From positions 1 through 11,679 of the forward strand of contig CALIBN010000019.1 in NCBI GenBank assembly GCA_938045545.1: 11,679 bases of DNA. Direction: 5' to 3'. Below, piece after piece: positions 8,252 to 11,679 of this stretch. Within the stretch, counting starts at the first letter, position 1. The number at the start of each line of letters is the position of its first letter. Source of the DNA: an uncultured archaeon (lineage in GTDB: Archaea; Thermoproteota; EX4484-205; JAAOZP01). The notes beneath the pieces are model-generated. The model was not told the origin of the DNA, did no database searches, and worked only from the letters and a program-made list of their open reading frames with translations. The translations under genes were made by a program, and so were the position numbers.

Positions 8252-8678
8252 TTAGAGCCAGTGCTGGGGTGGCTCTGTTTCCCTGACAATGTTCTCATCT
8301 GAGAACCTCCACTTACCTCTCAAGTCCAGTATCACTATGCCGAGCTCCCCGCCGAGCCTGTCGCTTATCAACACCTCATACTCCAGGTTCGATATCATCA
8401 AATCGCATTGGATTGGTCCGACTGCCCTATCACCGGTCTCGACAAGGACCTCAGCGGCCTTTGGAGCTAGATAGTTCCTAACAGGGCCACCGGCCGTACC
8501 TACCTCCAGAAGATAGGAATCCTCCGGCGGAGGCCACAGCCCTAGCTCTAGAGCTAGTCTTCTTGGGATGAGGAGCTGAGGTGTCTCGGCCTCGAAACCG
8601 GAGTTGACAAGCGCTGAGCTAACCACTTCCCTGCCGCTTCTCAGAGACCTTAATCCTAAGCCTTACCCGCACCGCCAT
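8252..8678 (-). pseudogene. Retropepsin-fold-like small protein with NSG in place of D(T/S)G, carrying a one-base frameshift near its 5' end
   Basis: ATG 8678 (GAGG just upstream) reads MAVRVRLRIK. One extra base around 8648-8651 separates it from the frame SLRSGREVVSSALVNSGFEAETPQLLIPRRLALELGL...VLISDRLGGELGI, which stops at 8252. ALVNSG/LLIPRRLALELGL parallels ALVDTG/TVIPRRIALDLNL at 9883-10254. It could instead be a sequencing error or be translated from GTG 8626. Confidence 0.65.
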
Positions 8679-8816
8679 GCCTCAGAGGATATATGTGACC
8701 TATCCTCCTCCTAATACGGTATATATGGCCAACCCTGGCCCTTAACCTAGCGGAGCTCAAAACCACCACACCACTCTACTCTACCAATCAGCAACTAATA
8801 ATCGTATCTATGTATA

Positions 8817-8873
8817 CTGTCGTCGGATAGTTGGATTTTTATAAATCTCCGCTTCATCTCGGCTTGGTAGGCT
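8817..8873 (-). mobile_element. Solo, diverged right end of an IS607/tnpB element
   Basis: Ungapped hand alignment to 10396-10452 gives 38/57 identities, with 14/16 at the terminus (CTGTCGTCGGATAGTT vs CCGTTGTCGGATAGTT). 13 of the 19 mismatches are transitions. Minus-strand translation AYQAEMKRRFIKIQLSDD parallels ASRAEMEQIVIEC*LSDN. Confidence 0.65.
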
Positions 8874-9050
8874 AAGGCCACAATATCCATGGCAAGAATA
8901 AGCCTGCCAGACCCTTAAACACCCCCTTATCTGGACACTACCCAGCCTAGCGGTTGGGTAATATTCGAATCTTTGCGGAGAGTGTGGGGATTCCGCCAGA
9001 CGTTTGGAATTAACAGTTTAATATCATGATTTTTACGTAGCTTGAGATAG

Positions 9051-9322
9051 TTGAGTCTTGGCAGGGCTTTACGGGGAGTATCTGGCTGAGCATAGGAGCC
9101 GTTTTGACAAACTTTCTCGGATTTATCTACTGGCTCCTCATCGCACCCGTGGTATCTCCAGAAATAGTTGGGAGAGCTGCGGCCGTCCTAGCGGTCGTGG
9201 GTCTTCTGCTTCCCACATTGTCTCTGGGCATACCGACTGGCGTTATGAGGTTCTTGGGGAGAGAGTATAGTCGTCGTGATCCGCTGAAGTTTGGGGAATA
9301 CTACTACTCATCGCTCCAATAG
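9051..9322 (+). pseudogene. N-terminal fragment of a Wzx/MOP-type oligosaccharide flippase (polysaccharide biosynthesis protein)
   Basis: TTG 9051 reads MSLGRALRG. Restoring one G in the G-run 9073-9076 continues as SIWLSIGAVLTNFLGFIYWLLIAPVVSPEIVG...LSLGIPTGVMRFLG, the typical Wzx N-terminus. It stops at 9322 after about 90 codons, whereas full-length proteins are over 400 aa. A TATA-like TTTAATAT (9017-9024) lies about 27 nt upstream. Confidence 0.72.
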
Positions 9323-9882
9323 AAGATCTGCAAGAGTTGGCGAGAGGGCTGTTATCAAAAAAGTCATTAGCTGCAATTACCCCATATCTAAGACCTATCC
9401 TCAGGATAATACATGGAGAGTAAAGCCATCTGGAGCTAGGAGCTTTATCCTAAAACAAACATTATAAACAACACCTCAAGCTTAAAATGTGGTCCAGAAA
9501 AGGGAATCGATAACATGAGAGTATTTCATGGCTAGCTCGCATCTAAAGGTGCGGTGTAGATCATTAGCTGTGACAGACGCGGATAGAGCTGACCATAACA
9601 CAACTCCACTATCAAAATCTGAGAGCTATTATGATATAGCCCATACCGAGTCTCCTAAGGCTTTTAATATGTATTAACACTACTTGATGTTGCCTGCGCG
9701 GCTCCGGGGAATTAGAGGCCTGGCCATCCTTCTGGGGACGTCTGTCTTAGCGGTAGCAATTCACCCAACCCTCATTGATTCTTCGAAAGCCCGTCATTCC
9801 ACTCTAACTTATAAAATGGTCGAACTTATGACGTGGATGTTTTAAATTGACAGCATAGCTGACAACTTTACAATCTCATCCA

Positions 9883-10254
9883 CTAATATAATAGTAGGAG
9901 GGGCCATTCTTTAAGCTTCCCAGTCAAGGGATCTACTTGCAATCCTAAGACCTCCAGGGTTGTTACACCGATAAGGACCTTATCTATTACGTCTGAGATA
10001 AGTGCTGGCACAATCTCACTTCTTCCCTCCAACTCTATCCATATCCTCGAGCGCTCAAGCCCTAACCTCCCGGCACCGGTCTCGACGAGGGATTTCCAAG
10101 TCGGTTTCAGGTTTAGGTCGAGAGCAATTCTACGGGGTATAACTGTAAGCGTGGCCCCAGTATCAACTAAAGCATAGGTTTCGACGATCTTGGTGAAGTT
10201 TTCATCACTTAATTTTACCTTAACCCACACACGACCCAAGACAAAATTCCCCAT
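9883..10254 (-). CDS. Small retropepsin-like (clan AA) aspartyl protease
   Basis: Intact catalytic motif ALVDTGATLTVIP, flap-like ETGAG, and C-terminal LIGVTTLEVLGLQVDP. ATG 10254 is about 25 nt downstream of CTTAAAG. Alternative starts are TTG 10260 and TTG 10239. Confidence 0.88.
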   Translation of the reverse strand: MGNFVLGRVWVKVKLSDENFTKIVETYALVDTGATLTVIPRRIALDLNLKPTWKSLVETGAGRLGLERSRIWIELEGRSEIVPALISDVIDKVLIGVTTLEVLGLQVDPLTGKLKEWPLLLLY

Positions 10255-10395
10255 GATCAATCTAGCCCTACCTACTTTAAGGCTTCTCTAACAACCTTGA
10301 TCTCTTCATCTGAACTTACATGACTTATTAAAAAGCCCAAACCCCCTTTAAGGGCTCGTCAACACCCAGCCGAGGGCTGAGAGGCGGAGAATAGA

Positions 10396-10470
10396 CCGTT
10401 GTCGGATAGTTAACATTCTATGACTATCTGTTCCATCTCAGCCCTAGAGGCTTCATTGATGGAACGGACC
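10396..10470 (-). ncRNA. Possible 3' portion of the TnpB omegaRNA (reRNA) scaffold
   Basis: TnpB guide RNAs are known to be encoded over the tnpB 3' end and the element right end. This segment is retained and contains the stem GAUAGU...ACUAUC. Expression and completeness are not visible from sequence. Confidence 0.35.
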
Positions 10471-10745
10471 CTTCTCTTCCTCGACAGCCTCCTATACGAC
10501 TTGAATATTGCTAAGGCCTGCGTCATGGCTGTGTAGATATGGTGTGATGGATGGTTGGGGAATTTGGCCCTCAGCTCTCTACAGACTGTTTCATGCAGCC
10601 TCCTCCTAGACGTTATGTTTGCCTTGAAAGCTCTACTTAGACACTCCCTAACCATGACATCATAGGCTTTAAAAAGCTCTTCCAGTAATGTCTCCTGCCC
10701 CTCACTAGGTTCAAGTCTAAACCTACATGTCTCAGTCAGCAACAT
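10410..10745 (-). pseudogene. tnpB: tnpB remnant: N-terminal ~95 aa fused to the extreme C-terminus, with RuvC and zinc finger deleted
   Basis: MLLTETCRFRLEPSEGQETLLEELFKAY...LHETVCRELRAKFPNHPSHHIYTAMTQALAIFKSYRR matches the N-terminal WED/REC pattern of archaeal TnpB/Cas12f-like proteins. No GIDxG, xxEDL or CxxCG motif remains. The junction is at about 10460-10470. Confidence 0.82.
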
Positions 10746-10879
10746 TCCGGTATCCTTCTCCTACCACCAACTGTTCTAACAACCCTGACCTTATTCTGCC
10801 TATCCCATTTCCTAAGCGTATTTGGATGAATACCTAACCTTTCACAAGCATCACTAAGCTTCAGCAGCTTCTCAGCCAT
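10736..10879 (-). pseudogene. tnpA: IS607 tnpA remnant: MerR-like HTH only, serine recombinase domain deleted
   Basis: ATG 10879 reads MAEKLLKLSDACERLGIHPNTLRKWDRQNKVRVVRTVGGRRRIPE, the classic IS607 N-terminal HTH. It then runs into the tnpB start with no YARVSS motif. TATA-like TTTATATTATAA lies about 25-35 nt upstream. Confidence 0.85.
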
Positions 10880-10936
10880 CAAAAAAAGCAAGTGGTAAGA
10901 ATTGTTATAATATAAAGTCAACTATTCAGGAACTGC

Positions 10937-10984
10937 TCTCAACCCCAAGGCGAAGGGTATTGTGAAGTGAAGCACGGGCTCCAT
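10937..10984 (-). pseudogene. Possible N-terminal stub of a membrane-bound metal-dependent hydrolase (YdjM-like), cut off at the IS left end
   Basis: ATG 10984 reads MEPVLHFTIPFALGLR up to the IS boundary, resembling the MEPxxHFxxPF start I recall for archaeal members. Only 16 codons. Confidence 0.3.
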
Positions 10985-11388
10985 ACCAGGTCATCCTACC
11001 GGTAAACTGCTGTAGTGTCGAGCCACATTCCCAGCAACTATCCCACCACCAGCCCTATCCGAAGACATGTTTTCCACCCCTTTCAAAGACCATCTGCTAG
11101 GACTCAAATGAGTCTACTACTATACACGGTTGAAGATGCTTGTCGCCTCAGGTGACATCCCAGACTGGAGTGTGTAATTTCGCTGCCCTTTGAGACAAAG
11201 ACCCCACCTATACTAGATTCCAAGCTGTGCCGATGTAACCCATAAGCCGTATCCTTCTCGCAAGGTGTAGGGTTTGGGTGTATTAAAGAGTTGTTGATTT
11301 TGTATTGTTGTGAGGTGTTGTTTAGTCTTCTCGGTCTAGGGTCTGGATTTGCTTAATACATACCTCTATACTTTCTACTTGGTGGTGT

Positions 11389-11679
11389 ATGGGCTCCGAG
11401 TCTGAGGTTGAGGAGCTGAGGCATAGGGTTGAGGCCTTGGAGCAGGCTGTGAAAAACCTGTTGAAGAGCATTGGCTCTCTCGAGGTTAGGGTTGAGGTCC
11501 CTAAGGTCGTACTGGCTAGGGAGCCTGTCTATGTGAAGATATCTGAGGGTGAGCTTTATGGAAGGATTATACTGCTGGCTGTGGACGGCTTCTTCGACGT
11601 CTATAGGTCGCCCTCAGAGGTTGCCCGCGAGCTCCACAGGAGGGGCTGGGCTCCAAAAGACTTCCAGCACATCAGGCCA
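11389..11679 (+). CDS. Hypothetical protein, 3'-partial: N-terminal coiled coil followed by a probable winged-helix domain
   Basis: Not in the ORF track because no stop falls in the window. GGTGGTG RBS (11381-11387), TATA-like CTTAATA (11352-11358), and 97 open codons: MGSESEVEELRHRVEALEQAVKNLLKSIGSLEVRVEVPKVVLAREPVYVKISEGELYGRIILLAVDGFFDVYRSPSEVARELHRRGWAPKDFQHIRP. Codon usage resembles clp1/AKR. Confidence 0.8.
   Translation, partial: MGSESEVEELRHRVEALEQAVKNLLKSIGSLEVRVEVPKVVLAREPVYVKISEGELYGRIILLAVDGFFDVYRSPSEVARELHRRGWAPKDFQHIRP

Larger units (their letters stand above)
10396..10935 (-). mobile_element. Internally deleted, non-autonomous IS607-family element (~540 bp)
   Basis: Carries a truncated tnpA and an internally deleted tnpB. 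The ends are imperfectly inverted: CCGTTGTCGGATAGTTAAC (10396-10414) vs the reverse complement of 10917-10935, CAGTTCCTGAATAGTTGAC, 13/19 identical. The right end finishes in ...AACGG on the minus strand, consistent with the GG crossover of IS607. Boundaries are approximate. Confidence 0.8.

Noticed and set aside
8921-8960. Hairpin TACCCAGCC-TAGC-GGTTGGGTA (8939-8960) and resemblance of ACCCCCTT...ACCCAGCC to 10341-10371
   Set aside because: Only two 8-mers with unequal spacing (11 vs 15 nt), insufficient to call a repeat or ncRNA.
8875-9005. Minus-strand peptides SHTLRK (TnpA HTH or integrase HxLR-like) and GRLILAMD (PyrF-like N-terminus)
   Set aside because: Isolated 6-8 residue matches with no supporting flanking similarity.
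9058-9270. 70-aa + strand ORF MAGLYGEY...
   Set aside because: Alternative frame over the flippase pseudogene, which explains the region better.
9323-9880. ~550 bp with no ORF of 60 aa or more, possibly degraded gene debris
   Set aside because: No frame gave a recognisable family, and no tRNA fold, repeat array or long stem was seen.
10272-10358. Minus-strand peptide RALKGGLGFLISHVSSDEEIKVVREALK* ending just upstream of the DTG protease
   Set aside because: Looks like the C-terminus of a lost partner gene, but it has no start codon and no assignable family.
1-11679. CRISPR array, tRNA or rRNA
   Set aside because: No regularly spaced direct repeats, cloverleaf with a T-loop motif or rRNA signature was found by eye.

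Overview
Window from what looks like a thermophilic archaeon, probably TACK. This is inferred from BRE/TATA-type promoters, GGTG/GAGG ribosome-binding sites, frequent TTG/GTG starts, AGG/ATA codon use and archaeal-type Clp1 and retropepsin genes. 1-5600 holds a complete CUT1-family sugar ABC importer split over two convergent transcription units. SBP and two permeases lie on +; a RifK/BtrR-like DegT-family PLP aminotransferase and the MalK-type ATPase lie on -. The two units meet at a shared CTAG double stop codon. 5600-7860 holds a GC-richer aldo-keto reductase and Clp1/Nol9-family polynucleotide kinase pair. 8000-11000 is a decayed accessory region with three small retropepsin-like genes (one intact DTG, one frameshifted NSG variant, one C-terminal remnant). 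It also carries a frameshifted and truncated Wzx-type flippase fragment, an internally deleted ~540 bp IS607 element (tnpA HTH, tnpB ends) and a second, diverged solo copy of that element's right end. A hypothetical coiled-coil/winged-helix-like gene starts at 11389 and runs off the window. No rRNA, tRNA or CRISPR array was seen. The best candidate for an undescribed system is the aminotransferase-coupled importer, a putative amino-sugar or aminocyclitol uptake and deamination module.
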